A DNA stretch of 60,318 bases, the filler included, from Catajapyx aquilonaris (taxonomy: Eukaryota), in the NCBI GenBank assembly GCA_000934665.2. It is 2 parts of 2 records of this genome, joined end to end, with 100 filler letters (N's around TTAATTAATTAA, not from the genome) between each part and the next. Parts side by side here need not be neighbours in the genome. Positions count along the whole stretch, not along the records: positions 1 to 31,228 come from JYFJ02004836.1; positions 31,329 to 60,318 come from KZ539229.1. One strand, written 5' to 3'. Positions 25,722-37,900 of this stretch are shown piece after piece. The notes below the pieces were generated by a model that ran no database searches, was not told where the DNA came from, and saw only the letters and a list, made by a program, of their open reading frames with translations. Each line of letters begins with the position of its first letter. The first letter of the stretch is position 1. Position numbers and translations under genes: made by a program.

Positions 25722-26348
25722 CTGTTTGGGTAGGAGGAATCAGAGTGTTAATAATAATAATCTGCCACCTGCCTACATACAGTCAAAATGAAATGACATT
25801 GATCCTAACACAAATGTTGATCTTCATTAGATATTGCTTGCTCACTGTACTCGTAAATCTGAAGTAAATGAAGCTTTATCTGCGAAATGTGTCCACTCTG
25901 AAGGTATCATGTAAATTAGAGTCAGCATTTCAGTACAAATGTTGACATTTGCAGCCCAAGTTTATGGTTTTGTCCTTCCTTTCATCTGCATGAAAACGTC
26001 AGGTAAAAGGCTGCTTGTTAATGCAAACTAACAACAATTTATAGTGCAGTACAGTACTACTGTTACAAGGCTTCTGGTACAACTTTTTTCCCTTTATTCT
26101 CTCAGAATAATGATACAGAGTGCAGTTGTAAAAAAAAAGTTATGATTTGTCTTCAAGAGTGTAAGCTGATACAAGATGTGTTTGGTAAGTTTGCAGCCTT
26201 TTATATTGAACAACTGACAAATGTATGAATCTAATGATTTCTTCAGGTTTCAACAGTTACTATATAGGGCCCTGCAAAAACATAGTCTGTGCAGTATCTC
26301 AATTTTTTTTGGATTTAGAGACACTGATCCTTGAAGATGTCAAATTAC

Positions 26349-26499
26349 CTGGCAGCTTGAAGTAGACTGTTCCTAGCTATAGCCCCAGTTAGCACAGGCA
26401 TGTGAGAAGTTGCAGGGCTGCTGTCACACCAGTAGGTAACAGCAGTTGTCAACTCCTCAAGCGTGTGAAAACGCCTGGCATACAAAGGGTGCTTCAAAG
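26349..26499 (-). CDS. Candidate upstream exon of the zinc-finger gene, derived from a mariner transposase C-terminus
   Basis: Acceptor ttttttgttctgcccag and donor CAG/gtaatt. The open frame (A)LKHPLYARRFHTLEELTTAVTYWCDSSP...LQAA joins in phase to the exon at 25721. Confidence 0.6.
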
Positions 26500-26955
26500 C
26501 TGGGCAGAACAAAAAATCATATTAAACCATCAGCCAAAATGAAATTCTTAACACTTCAGTAGAGTGAAATCTGCCTGTAACAGCCTACAGGTAGGCGGAA
26601 ATTTGAACATTTGTTTTGTCCCAGCACAGGATTCTCACTGAATTTCTCTGTCACAAAGGAAGGGATTCTATTCACTGCTGGAAAGTTTAGAACAGAGAAA
26701 CTCTGCTAGGTTTAACGTTTGCAAAAGGCCTAATTACAACTGAATAATCTCTTATTATGGCATGACAATATTAAATTAGCTGAACAAAACTTAATAAGAT
26801 TCTGGAGGCATAATCACTTGTTGCAGTGCAGACAAATGCTCCAACTACTGTTATAATGTAATTTCCGATTTTCAAAGCATAAAATTCCGCTTCATCAAAG
26901 TTTTACTTTCATGTGCATTTGAAAAATAAAGGTCATAAGAAAAGGACTCTAGTAC

Positions 26956-27057
26956 CTTCCATTGCAACTTGTTTGATGTGAGGGGGTGCATTGTCAATAT
27001 GAAGGATGGCGCTCTGCTTGCTACCAGACTTCTTATTCTTTAAAACTGGCCGCTGAC
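26956..27057 (-). CDS. Candidate upstream exon of the zinc-finger gene carrying a DNAxxH transposase motif
   Basis: Acceptor ctcactacag and donor AAG/gtacta. 102 nt, phase 1-1, encoding GQRPVLKNKKSGSKQSAILHIDNAPPHIKQVAME. Confidence 0.5.
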
Positions 27058-27765
27058 CTGTAGTGAGCATCTCAACAAATCAGCTGCCAGGATGGATCAT
27101 GCACAATGCCAGTGATTAGGAAGGCTGATTGGCGCAGCTGGCTCTGAAAAATTATTAAAAGTTGTAACATCTCCAAGCTACCCTTAATATCATCAAACTA
27201 CTTGCTAAATAGAACCCCTGTGCAAGATCGTACACATACCTACGAGTACAAAAGGATATTTGAATTGGCAATAAGTAACATGTAATCTATTTCATAGAAT
27301 CATAAGTGACAGTTTTATTTGACAATGCACAACTACAAAAATCAGGTATTATCTGATCTAAAAATTTTAATGAAATATCATACAACTTGCAACCACCCAT
27401 TATGGTGATTAAAAAGTTGAAAAAAATTGCAAAATTAGAACAGGCCTATCCAAGAATAGATGTTCACAACTCCAACTCTCTTTAGGGGGAGGGGGGAATT
27501 ATTTAACTTTTGCTTTTGATATTATCAGGAACCTCCTCCACTATAAATTATTCAAGATTAACTTAAAAATCCTGGAGGAATTATACATTATTCACAACCA
27601 CTTTTCCACCTTGAAATATCATTCCAGCTCAAAAGTACGATCTATAAGGCCGGAAATTCAAAATAATAATTTCTCCTAAAAATTAACATGACCATAACAT
27701 TAACCATAGCTATAGAGTGTGAACCACAGATGTTTAACTCCCACATGACATAAACAGCATGTAAC

Positions 27766-27851
27766 CTGAATTTCTTTCCAGACTGTCAATGTCTGTACCA
27801 TAGTGCAGACCATTGTTGATGATGTTAAAGCCTTCCACTTGATGTACCTCA
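27766..27851 (-). CDS. Candidate upstream exon of the zinc-finger gene
   Basis: Acceptor tgttttgtgcag and a weak donor CAG/gttaca. The open frame EVHQVEGFNIINNGLHYGTDIDSLERNS is phase-compatible with both neighbours. Confidence 0.4.
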
Positions 27852-28665
27852 CTGCACAAAACAATTTTTTGACAGGTGTTAATATACGAGGAATTCAAAG
27901 GAGACGAGTTGATGGCGAGAGTAGGCCTACTTGATAAAGGTTTGAAAAATGTGGTATCAAAATATGGCTCAAAAAATGTTCAGATTGATATATGATTTGC
28001 ATCGAGTGGTAGCTCAAGATCTGATGGTTATGCAGTGGCAGGATATTGGTTATGTTGATTTTTTTGGAGGTACTAATTTAACTTAATTTATTTTAAACCA
28101 AATAGTCCTTCTCACAATTAGACAAAGTAATCTATACTCCCCCCCCAACTCTCAGGTTCAGAACTTTTTATATACAACATTCTCGCTTGCACATGTTTAT
28201 TTCCCAGCTACATACAATTCATTCACAATTACATACTTTCAATGCACTTAGTAAGCCCTCAAATCTGCCATCTGAATTTGTATTTGCCACTATCATATTT
28301 TAAAGTTCAAATTTACACCATCCAAAGTCACATAACAATTTTCTAGTGGCACAGGTAGAAAGAGGGTGTTAGGTAATCAGGAAACGGAAAAAATCAAACA
28401 AATGCACATGCTGTGTGTGTAAAGGTGTGTGACAAAAGCATTTTCAATGAGAGTGGCATTTGCTCCTATTTCAAAAATTGCATTTAGTTCAAGCTGACAT
28501 TGTTTTGATAATATAACATGGTGCACTGTCTTCTCAGAACCACTTGTGCTGGATAAATGTGAAAATAATAAAACATTTGAAATTAATTCAAGTACCCTGG
28601 CTTGCATCGGGCACAAAGATCCACTCGTTCGAGTGTCATTAACCACAATTACGTCTACGTTGCCA

Positions 28666-29343
28666 TCATGTTAGTCTACCCATATACTTGACCCTGGGCA
28701 ACCACTTCAACATTGGCCACTGGACCAAAATATAATTTGCAAAAGGTAGCAGAATCCACCCAGATAATGACAGGGATGTGACTCTGCAAATGCTCTCCAC
28801 AAAGATGACCTTTGCCCCTTTACCTATGCCAGCAAATCTGGCCAGAAATGCAAGGAAGCATATGGGAACACATGTTCCAGGCCCATTGGCAAGAACCAAA
28901 TCTGGATTGAAGCTTCGCAGTACTGGCCATGAGTGACGCAGTGAGATGAGAGTAGAATATACAGCAGTTAAGTACGATTGTCCCACATGTCTGCTGCGAG
29001 GGATTTGATGTGTTTGGTATGAGCCACATTTTGGCCCATACATAGAGGACCAATTTGACTCTAGGCATTCCACTCGGATCCTGCTTGACATGTCAGTATC
29101 TGCCAGCAAGTACAGACGCGGGGAGTAACTACAGGGGTTGACGGCACTCATAAGGCGAAGCATCTCAGCAGTGTGACCTCCAGATCCAATCACAACGAGG
29201 GTTCTAACAGTCTCACCAAGCTTCCTCTTTTTCTTCCCCAATGCTGCATCACCAACCCATGTACACGCAAATGTCCATAGCAGGCGCAGGAGAAACAAGC
29301 CAGAGAGAGCCAGGCACGTGGCAGTGCACACCGAGACTTCCAT
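28666..29343 (-). CDS. ALG14: UDP-N-acetylglucosamine transferase subunit ALG14, intronless
   Basis: An N-terminal hydrophobic helix, then the ALG14 motifs GSGGHTAEM, IPRSRHVGQS, PDLVLANGPGTCVP, FVESICRV..LSLSG and VQWP. An AG acceptor sits immediately before the ATG. Confidence 0.96.
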   Translation of the reverse strand: MEVSVCTATCLALSGLFLLRLLWTFACTWVGDAALGKKKRKLGETVRTLVVIGSGGHTAEMLRLMSAVNPCSYSPRLYLLADTDMSSRIRVECLESNWSSMYGPKCGSYQTHQIPRSRHVGQSYLTAVYSTLISLRHSWPVLRSFNPDLVLANGPGTCVPICFLAFLARFAGIGKGAKVIFVESICRVTSLSLSGWILLPFANYILVQWPMLKWLPRVKYMGRLT

Positions 29344-29654
29344 CTATAATCACTTATAGCAAGTATTCCAGTGTGTTGTGTCTTTTAGTTTTGGCTACAG
29401 AATCTAGAGCTCAGTACTTCATGGCATAACAGCCACTTCCCTATGAAATCATGGGAGAGTTTGTAGATTCCACAGGAACCTAGGAAAAACAATTAAGGGG
29501 CATTCACATACTGGTCGTGCGGCACCAAAAGGGAGCAAATGTGATCTCGGATAAAGGATGTCAGACGTTAGCTTGACAGTGTGAATAGCATGCTTTTGGT
29601 GCCCATTCCCAATGTGTGAATGCAGCTTGAGAGAGACCTTCTGCACTGCTTCAC

Positions 29655-29715
29655 CTTTCTAGTCCTGTGTGTGCCCCACTGCCCTCCAGAGGCGGGAAAT
29701 GAGTGGTGACCCCAG
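29655..29715 (-). other. Candidate shared upstream exon for ALG14 and the zinc-finger gene
   Basis: A long polypyrimidine tract ends in ggacag and the donor is AAG/gtgaag. The frame GVTTHFPPLEGSGAHTGLE is in phase with the exon at 27851. Confidence 0.4.
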
Positions 29716-30203
29716 CTGTCCAGGCAGGCAGGGCAGGCGAAGAGAGAAAAAGAGAGAGGGGGGGTCAGGCTCCCTCTCCTTCACCTCCGGGACCAGGCAG
29801 CCTCGGGGCCCAACCCTGGGCGCAGGACACCCCTCTCAGGACCCTGTCTGGGACTTCAGCGGAGAGGCAGGGGCAGCTTTCACCTCTCGGGATGGGAAAC
29901 GAGATGGATAGGCCAAAAGAAAGAAGCAAGGAGAGAGGCGGAAGGCAGCAGGAGAAGCTTCGGGGATCTGGCCGCAGGGAGGCGGCCAGGCGGGGGAGGC
30001 GGGCCGGACTCAGGCGACGCTGCTCGGAAAGGACTGGAACTCAATATATTATAGTACTGGGTCAAGACATTGGGGTGGCCTCACGCGCAGGATACGAGAC
30101 ACAAACTGGACCCGGCTTAGATCCGTGCCAGATCCGGTCTAGACCCGACCCAGAACCGACACATTATTTGGCTGTAAGCAGCCCATTGCCATCGTTGACG
30201 GCT

Positions 30204-30471
30204 TGACGGCATCGTTTTGTTTACCAACTCCTAGTCAACGGAAATCTGCCGAACACAACCCCTGGAACCCCCCACTTTTCAAGTTTCCGTGGATAAAATG
30301 CCATCAACACTCAACAATGGGAGCCATGGGAGCACAGTCATGTTCTTTTTGTTGACACTATTAGTATTGTTTCATGAAGCCATCTCCATGGGGGAAAAAG
30401 TGGGAGGTTCCACGTGTGGGTTCGGCAGATTTCCGTTGACTAGGAATTGGTACACAAAACGATGACGTTAA
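30204..30471. mobile_element. MITE with long TIRs
   Basis: catcgttttgtttaccaactcctagtcaacggaaatctgccgaac pairs with gttcggcagatttccgttgactaggaattggtacacaaaacgatg. Confidence 0.75.
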
Positions 30472-31228
30472 TGGCAAGTTAGCATGTCCTGCCTGTAGAG
30501 TACCCAAGAGAATGAAATGTCAGTATTTTAAGGGCGATAGCCCTTAAGTAAGACCGTAGCATAGATTTCAACAATGTTTCAACAATGAATTTTTCCTACT
30601 TGTTCTTCTTCTTCTTGTTGTTGTTCTTGTTACGTTTTTTTTATTCGCCCTAACTCAAGTTCTGCTGTAGGTAGAGCTTCCAAATTTTGAACACAGATTT
30701 CCACCGTCGTGACTTGATTTCCTACCATTTACACTTTTACTTAATTCGGCTTGGGTGCAGTTTAGAGCCGCAAAAATCTTGCAGGTTTCTATACATTTTC
30801 TGAATCTACTCGATGAGCTGAGTCGAATGACACTATTCCTTGTGTGCGGAAATGTTTGGTTGAAGAGTAATTGAATTTTGAAATTGCACGTTTTAACAAT
30901 GAATAAATTGAAAGTAAACAAGTGTTCCTTTGTTGAGACTGTTCACTCCCATTGTTGCGTCAGGTGATTCTCCGTGGAAACGTGAGAGATTCCATGGAAA
31001 CGTGCTGTGAGGGATGCTGAATGATGTAAATAAACGGTTATTCTTGGTTCGTTGGACATAGAACGAGAGTGTAGGAGTTTAATTTAACATCATTCAGGAG
31101 CGTCCATGGCCGAGGCATTGCATCGGTGCTTATCTAATACATATTTCTAGACGTATGTCTGTCTCTCCTGTTATTCGCTATGCAAATCCGTACGGAGGCC
31201 CCGACATATGCCCCAGGGGTTTCACTAG

Positions 31229-31328
31229 NNNNNNNNNNNNNNNNNNNNNNNNNNNNNNNNNNNNNNNNNNNNTTAATTAATTAANNNNNNNNNNNNNNNN
31301 NNNNNNNNNNNNNNNNNNNNNNNNNNNN
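31229..31328. other. Assembly gap with a TTAATTAATTAA linker
   Basis: Runs of N surround a 12-mer that gives stop codons in all six frames. Confidence 0.9.
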
Positions 31329-31719
31329 TAGTTGCTGCTACTGCATCCAGCAAACATGTAAAGTGAAGGGCATTTGGGCATTCAATATGACTCGTTTAAG
31401 GTTTTAAAATCTACACTGGCTCAATATTAACGGTAGACCTACAGCAAAACCTGGCTATCATGAAATCACTCTGTTCCACAACACTTTTCTATAGTGGTCA
31501 GGTTTTCATTACACTTGAAGGAAATACACTAAATATTCGGTTCTCTTCTGGACCCAAGTTCAGTAACTGACAATTTTATGCCATATCAATGGTCCATTTC
31601 CAGGTTTTACTGTGTGCTATACTTGGTATGAAGAATGCCAAATGACAAGGAAGGGTGAGAGGGGTGCAAAGTATCTTCTTACTTAAATAAACCATAATCA
31701 TCCCATATAATTAGCTCAC

Positions 31720-32164
31720 AATGTCAATGAAGTAACAGCCTGGCTCAATGGTAATAACCATCCTTGGCTCCATGACCCTGGCAGTCCTAAGTGACCTCTG
31801 ACCAGGAAGGGTTGGCCTCTCTGGGTGCCCTTGCAGGTAGCCTCCCACATCATGGGTATCGCACCCAAGGAAGTGTCCAAGTCCATGAGGCATAAACACT
31901 GCTGCCAGGTTGACTTCCATCATCTTATCCACATCACCCTTCACTACGCCTCCCTTCTTCAAACATTCCAGCAAGACCCGGTTGGCTAAAAGGTGCATGT
32001 CCAGCCAAGAAACACCAGGCTTCAGGGCTTTCAGAACAGCACGGTTGGCATCCAGGACAGCATTGTAAATCAGCCGCTGATCAGCCGTATACTTGCCATT
32101 GGCAGGGTATGAGCAGGTAATGTCTGACGTGTAGCAGTTGTATTCTGCGCCCATGTCAAACAAG
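31720..32164 (-). CDS. PEPD: Xaa-Pro dipeptidase (prolidase), exon 8
   Basis: [40 protein letters not shown] and [10 protein letters not shown] contain the M24B metal ligands. Boundaries are AG/GT. Confidence 0.95.
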
Positions 32165-32586
32165 CTAGAAAAATATTAATGTACAGAACACTGCCTGAGT
32201 AGACCTACATATTTTAGTGAAGCTTGGCCTAAATAGCACCACAACCTCCTTGAAAATATCAGGCCTAGAAAAGGTGACCACCTATAGTAGGTTGACTTGA
32301 GTCACACAGCAGCCTGATTGTCAGAGTTTGAATTATCACATAACATCAGCTCCAGTATATCCTCTATCCTGCTAATAATAAATCGCTTATTGTTAAGTTA
32401 CTCTGGGCAAATGAAGAGAAAGAGGTTGCTCCAATTGGCTTATGATGGGCCGATTGAATTACTGTATCATGTTTCTAGCAACAGGCTTTTGACACAAACT
32501 GTGAAACAGTAATGCTTCCTGTAGACTTCGATTGCACCTCCACTTGCTTCTTTACATGTGCAATCTAACTAAATATAAAACAAATA

Positions 32587-32694
32587 CAGTGAAACTTGTG
32601 TATACAGCAAAATTGTATAGGACCCAAAAAAATTTACATAGGGGACAGGTTTCTGCTAATTATACTCAAGATATATTATGAACAGGTTTCACTG
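32587..32694. mobile_element. pogo/Tigger-like MITE
   Basis: TA-cagtgaaacttgt ... acaggtttcactg-TA. Confidence 0.65.
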
Positions 32695-32730
32695 TACCTG
32701 TCTCATTCCTTGATATGAATAAAAAGAGTA

Positions 32731-33092
32731 CAGGTAGTCCCTGGTCTATGAACGGGGTTACATTCCTGAAATTGTCCATAATTTGTATGTAACTCATATC
32801 TCTGAGGAACAGCACATACACAGTCAGAATGAGCATACAGCATATAAAGATGCTGCTCCAAAGAACCGCTTCCATCATGTGTGTTTGTGCATATGTATAA
32901 GTAATGTACTTTCCCAATTATTTCTTAATTATACAGTATTTACGTTGAACTTGGTGTTGGTCAAAGTATGCAGAAGTGATTTAAAGTGGAGGGATAATAT
33001 ATTATAAATTATCCTTATGGGGAGCCTTGGTAGCCCATTCATAAGTACGGATTGCCATAAGTTGGGTTGTTCGTAAACCTGGGGACTACCTG
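32731..33092. mobile_element. pogo/Tigger-like MITE
   Basis: TA-caggtagtccctggtctatgaac ... gttcgtaaacctggggactacctg-TA. Confidence 0.75.
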
Positions 33093-33276
33093 TATATACA
33101 CATCACCTCCACAATCCAAGACTCAAAATAATGTAAAACAATGCAGCAAGAGGTCACTGGACATCCTTCTTCCTCAGTAGAAGTTATGCATGACTAGCAT
33201 GAGATCATTTATTTTCTACAATTAAAGTTAATACATCCCCATCTAAATGGTAGATAAGAATCCCCATCATACATAC

Positions 33277-33546
33277 CACATATCTCCATCCTTCACTGTG
33301 CGATCATTGGGAGCCCCAGCATGACCATAATGGAGGATAGCCCCATTCTCTCCTGATCCGCAGATGCAGGTGTATGACATATTTCTGCACCCCCCATTGT
33401 AGTAAGAGTAGTGCTGAAAGATGGATTCGCACTGGTACTCCTTCATCCCAGGACGTATCTTGCGCATCACCTCCATGTGAGCCTTTGATGAAATTCGGTT
33501 GGTGTAACGAAGAACTTCTAACTCCATGTCTGTCTTGTGCACACGA
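33277..33546 (-). CDS. PEPD: Prolidase, exon 7
   Basis: [23 protein letters not shown]...[33 protein letters not shown], phase 2-2. Confidence 0.95.
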
Positions 33547-33979
33547 CTGGATAAGAACATATCAAACTTTCTGTTATTGAACAACAACAACAACAACAAC
33601 ATCACGACATTTCCCTATGAGGGGTAGTCAGCGATGAAGGGAGACGCAAGCTAACCCAACATATGAACTAATAAAACTCATGAAAATAAACCTAAAAACA
33701 ACCTGTCCCACCCCCCACCCCTGCCCACCTCAGACATCACCTTATCCTCAGACATATTTACTGTTATTTATTTTCTGTTATTGAAGCTTCTGTGAAATTA
33801 ATTTCTATACGAACAGTTGCACATCAATAACATGAAGGCACATTTTGTTCAGAGTTATATCACAGCTGTCCTATGAAATCCATTCATATGGTGTTTGGAC
33901 TAATGTAAGAATTTGCATTCGCAAAGTTTAGTTCACTTCTAACTCTTCACATTCACTTAAAATTATTATGGGAACTCAC

Positions 33980-34024
33980 CATTCTGCTATTTCAGGATGC
34001 AGCAAGCTGTTGTTCACCTTGAAT
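33980..34024 (-). CDS. PEPD: Prolidase, exon 6
   Basis: FKVNNSLLHPEIAEC, with a tgcag acceptor and gtgagt donor. Confidence 0.9.
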
Positions 34025-34219
34025 CTGCAATGTACAAATGCTAATGTGAATTACTCATTCATAATTTGTCTCCTCATAAATATGATTTATATTATGCCTT
34101 CACCCAGAACTTCTCTGGAGGTGAAAGTCTCCCATATTTAATTTTGATTATTGGCCTAGTTATTCAGTTGATAATAATTTAAGCAGTCATGAAAATATGC
34201 CACCTTGCTATATCTTATC

Positions 34220-34243
34220 ATGATGATGATGATGATGATTATG

Positions 34244-34294
<51 letters not shown>
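34220..34294. repeat. Compound (GAT)n/(TAT)n microsatellite
   Basis: Directly visible trinucleotide run. Confidence 0.9.
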
Positions 34295-34802
34295 GCCATC
34301 ACCATCACTGTCTAGAATAGGCAGGCTCTGTTCTAGACATCCTGGGCCAAAACTGATGAGTGAAGGAAGTAGAGCAGCCATGAATAAAGCTTACCTGCAC
34401 CTATTTCTGGCCCGCGTGGCATCGACCCCTAGCCGGACATATTGATCAAGGAATGAATGTAGTCTACCTGCTCCACATCAGGTGACAAATTATAGATAAG
34501 CTCAAACGGAATTTGTCACAGGCCAGCTGTCATTTACATAGCATCCATACATATATTTTAACTCACATAGGGGCTATGTGCTGTCTGTTACGAACATATC
34601 TGTTGGGGTGGTTTCATGTGCCTCGTACTGTTTGCTTCACAATAGAATAACTCAAGGTTTATTATGCCTCTATTACCATATGATATCTGGAACACCGTGA
34701 CTCAACTGGATAAATATGCACGTGTATGATTGGTACACCTACTGAATATAAATTTCTATTCTTCCTATGGAGAGAAAAAAAAAAAACAGTGAATACACTT
34801 AC

Positions 34803-34864
34803 GTGCTAATTCCGTCGAAGGCAGCTTCTTTGCAAGTGTTCCCGCTGTCAGTGTTCATTCCGTA
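34803..34864 (-). CDS. PEPD: Prolidase, exon 5
   Basis: YGMNTDSGNTCKEAAFDGIS, with a gtaagt donor. Confidence 0.9.
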
Positions 34865-34945
34865 CTATAAATGAAAGTTATTTTAGCAGATGTGGAGATA
34901 TTCTATTGTTAATAACATTAATACATCCTTGTATAATTTATTTAC

Positions 34946-34993
34946 CAGCGTCAGCAGAGCATCAGGCTTCAGGTCAGTCAGCACCTTGACAAT
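34946..34993 (-). CDS. PEPD: Prolidase, exon 4
   Basis: IVKVLTDLKPDALLTL, with a tttcag acceptor and gtaaat donor. Confidence 0.88.
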
Positions 34994-37900
34994 CTGAAAT
35001 AATAAAAAAATACGGATTCTCAAATAATGCAATCTAATTTGGTCGCAAACCCATATTAGTATTGCAGCCTTTCGTAATTATGCGCGAATCAACGTGTGGT
35101 AATATTTCAACCTTTATGAAGGTCAATATATAGGTCGCTATCACGCACCCAATGCGCTGAACGGGATAAAAAATTTCCAACCCACACGTTATCTCTTGTT
35201 TACTAGTCCTGGCTACCCACTCGATATATTGTTTACCAACAAAATGTGGCAGGCTGCAGTCAGTTGAGGAAATCAAATGAAGAGGTGGGTGGGAGTACAG
35301 AGTGGCGGAGAGTGGGGGTGTAATTTGTGATACGGCAAGCTGCGCACCAGAAAAAAAAATGCCAACTAGTCTACAAATCAAGGTCACATTACCACGTTCT
35401 ATTCACCCCACGACCTCCTCAAGGTCAATGTCAAGTCATGTGTTACATAACGCCCTCTCCTGCTAACTCACACACCCAAACACGTGATTGCCAAGTGCTT
35501 ACAAATGGTAATTTATGTAGTACTGCGCATTATCAGGCGCTAACATACCTGTACATTATCAACCGGGGCATAATATAAACTCCCCGAGTAGGGTCCGCTT
35601 TTTTAAAAATGTGACGTACGGTACCCGCAATAATTATTGACACATCCAGTTAACGCACGTTATGCAACAGGCTGGAAATAGCTTGCCAACATGTGAGTTT
35701 ATTTCAAAAGGGTGGTACCACCCAGATTCCTACAATAGGAATTGGCTTCCGTCATTGCTCTCGTTTACTAAACGAGAGAGGTCGTCGTCCTCCTCTACCC
35801 ACCCTGATTGGCCCCAGTCCCAGCCTGCAGAACATTCAGTACATTGTGAAGGAAAATATGCCCCAGGGTTCCTAGGAACTTGCTATGCACAACCTACGAA
35901 AAGTCCAGAGTTTTGGTGTATTACGACAAACGTTACGGAATTTGTGCGTCACAGGCAGCAACTTGTTTACAAACAAGTCGCAATTTGAACCCCTGTTACG
36001 TGACTAACCGTCCCAAAAAGTATCACAAGGTATGTAGCAATCGGTACCAAGTGTTTCCACCAGAACCGGTTTTGCGGTTTAAATGGTATGGAACTGTAGT
36101 TCGTGTTGCACCAGTGACCTTTCAGTTGGAAGGAACCACGAGATTTGCCTGGGAGGCGGTTGGTGCCTCACGACTGCCCCAACCTCTTCTGGATTTATTA
36201 CAACCCCTATGTTGCTCCGGGGAATACATATCAACAGTGGAGGGGAAAAAAACCGGGTCGAAATCATTTACGTAACGAATCCCTATTGTCATGTTTGTCA
36301 TGAGGATACATGACGCAAATTGCGCCCCCCTTCCCAACCGACACTGATTATGTATCGCAGCTCCAGCCAGCAAATTCGCCCATGTAACAATAAACACATC
36401 AATAAAGCCTTGCTTGCTTCCACCGACATACCTAATTAACCTGTAAAACCCTGCATAATTAACTAAAACAGGGGTCATTTAGTTCCGGAATTAATTCCGC
36501 GCCCTATTGACACTGAATCATTTATGGAAATCGCTTTACGCGCCGATACCTCACTTTGCATTCAACAACGCTACACACTTACATGATCCTTGCATAAATG
36601 TATGGACACAAAAAATGCCTACATTGTGTTTTTTGTGACCGATGACGTTTGTTTTTCTGTCTGTCTTGAGATAAAAGGGGCAGGTGTATCCTGAATGGCC
36701 GGAAAGCCTTTCTTAGACCGTGGCGCCTTGGTGCGGTCTCTCTGGTCGAAAAGCCTGGCAGCTGGAAGAAAGGAAATTCCAGAGTGTGCTTTGCCTCGGC
36801 TCGTGTTTTGCCTCCAGAAAACTTCTTTCCCTTTTCCCCTTGACCTTGCAGCAAAGGAAATGCTACAGTCACCCTCCATCTCCCGCGTGCAGCTGCCCGT
36901 TTCGTTTTCTATTCCTTTGGGACAATCCCCGCAAGCGCAAAGACTTCTCCCCAAAACTGATGGTGGTCAAAACATCTGGCGCAATACTGACAACCACAAC
37001 GCTGCGTACTACACATACCAAGTTGTCAAAACAACCCATGAACTGTGCAATCACGAGCCATTCATCATTACCACTGAATTGTTAATAAATCACTACATTT
37101 GGCAACTTCTGTGAATGTTACTAATCGTTTTCATATTTTCATTTCACGCGGTTCCCATAAATATTTGTAGCTACCGTGGGCTACCGTATTGAAAAATCAC
37201 GTGCATTTCATCACGCCTGAATGGCTGCTGTACTGTATTCCATTCCGCAACATCCTCTCCTGCAATGTAACAAAGTTTGAAGTGTTTACGCCTTCGCTGT
37301 ATCGATTTCCTCTCGTATTATTAACTTAGAACGATTTCGAAACGTTGACCTGTCGCCACCTAGTCTATCAATACTTTGAAGGAGATGGGTTAAAAGCGGG
37401 GCGTACCTACGGACTATGTATCCCCTGACGTGGGATAAACAATCCCAATGTGACCTTGACCCTTATTTTTAGTCCGGTAGTGTGCTGGGGGTGCCCCCTT
37501 ACGACAAAGAGCAGCGCAAGGCACTCACGTTCACCACAACATGTGTAGCTTATGTTTGGCTTATCGCGGGCAAAATACACAAACCGGTGCTGGCATGAGG
37601 CCAACACATGACGTCACAAACCTGGCTAGACGACGGGAAATGTGCAAATATCGAATGCAGCGCCTACGTGACGAACGGCACTCAGTGTATGTAGGCCGAT
37701 CACGTGAACACTATTTACTTCAACGCCCATTTACAATTTCAACGGAAGAATCTACCCCAACACAGTTTTATTATTACCTACTTTAAAAGTACACACGGGT
37801 AATCAACATTCCTAAACGCACGCTGCATAATGACATACTGTGTGACGTTTAAATTCCACCATCCTTTCAGCATATCGCTCCTCAATTTCCTGGATGAGGA

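Noticed and set aside
31273..31284. TTAATTAATTAA between N runs
   Set aside because: It is an artificial six-frame-stop contig linker, not biology.
31331..31354. LLDAVAA on the minus strand as the start of the missing prolidase exon
   Set aside because: It is not preceded by an AG acceptor and runs into the gap, so it may be chance.
34354..34375. Hammerhead-like CTGATGAG core (also cagtgaggacgaaa near 5440)
   Set aside because: I could not build stem II plus GAAA and the closing stems.
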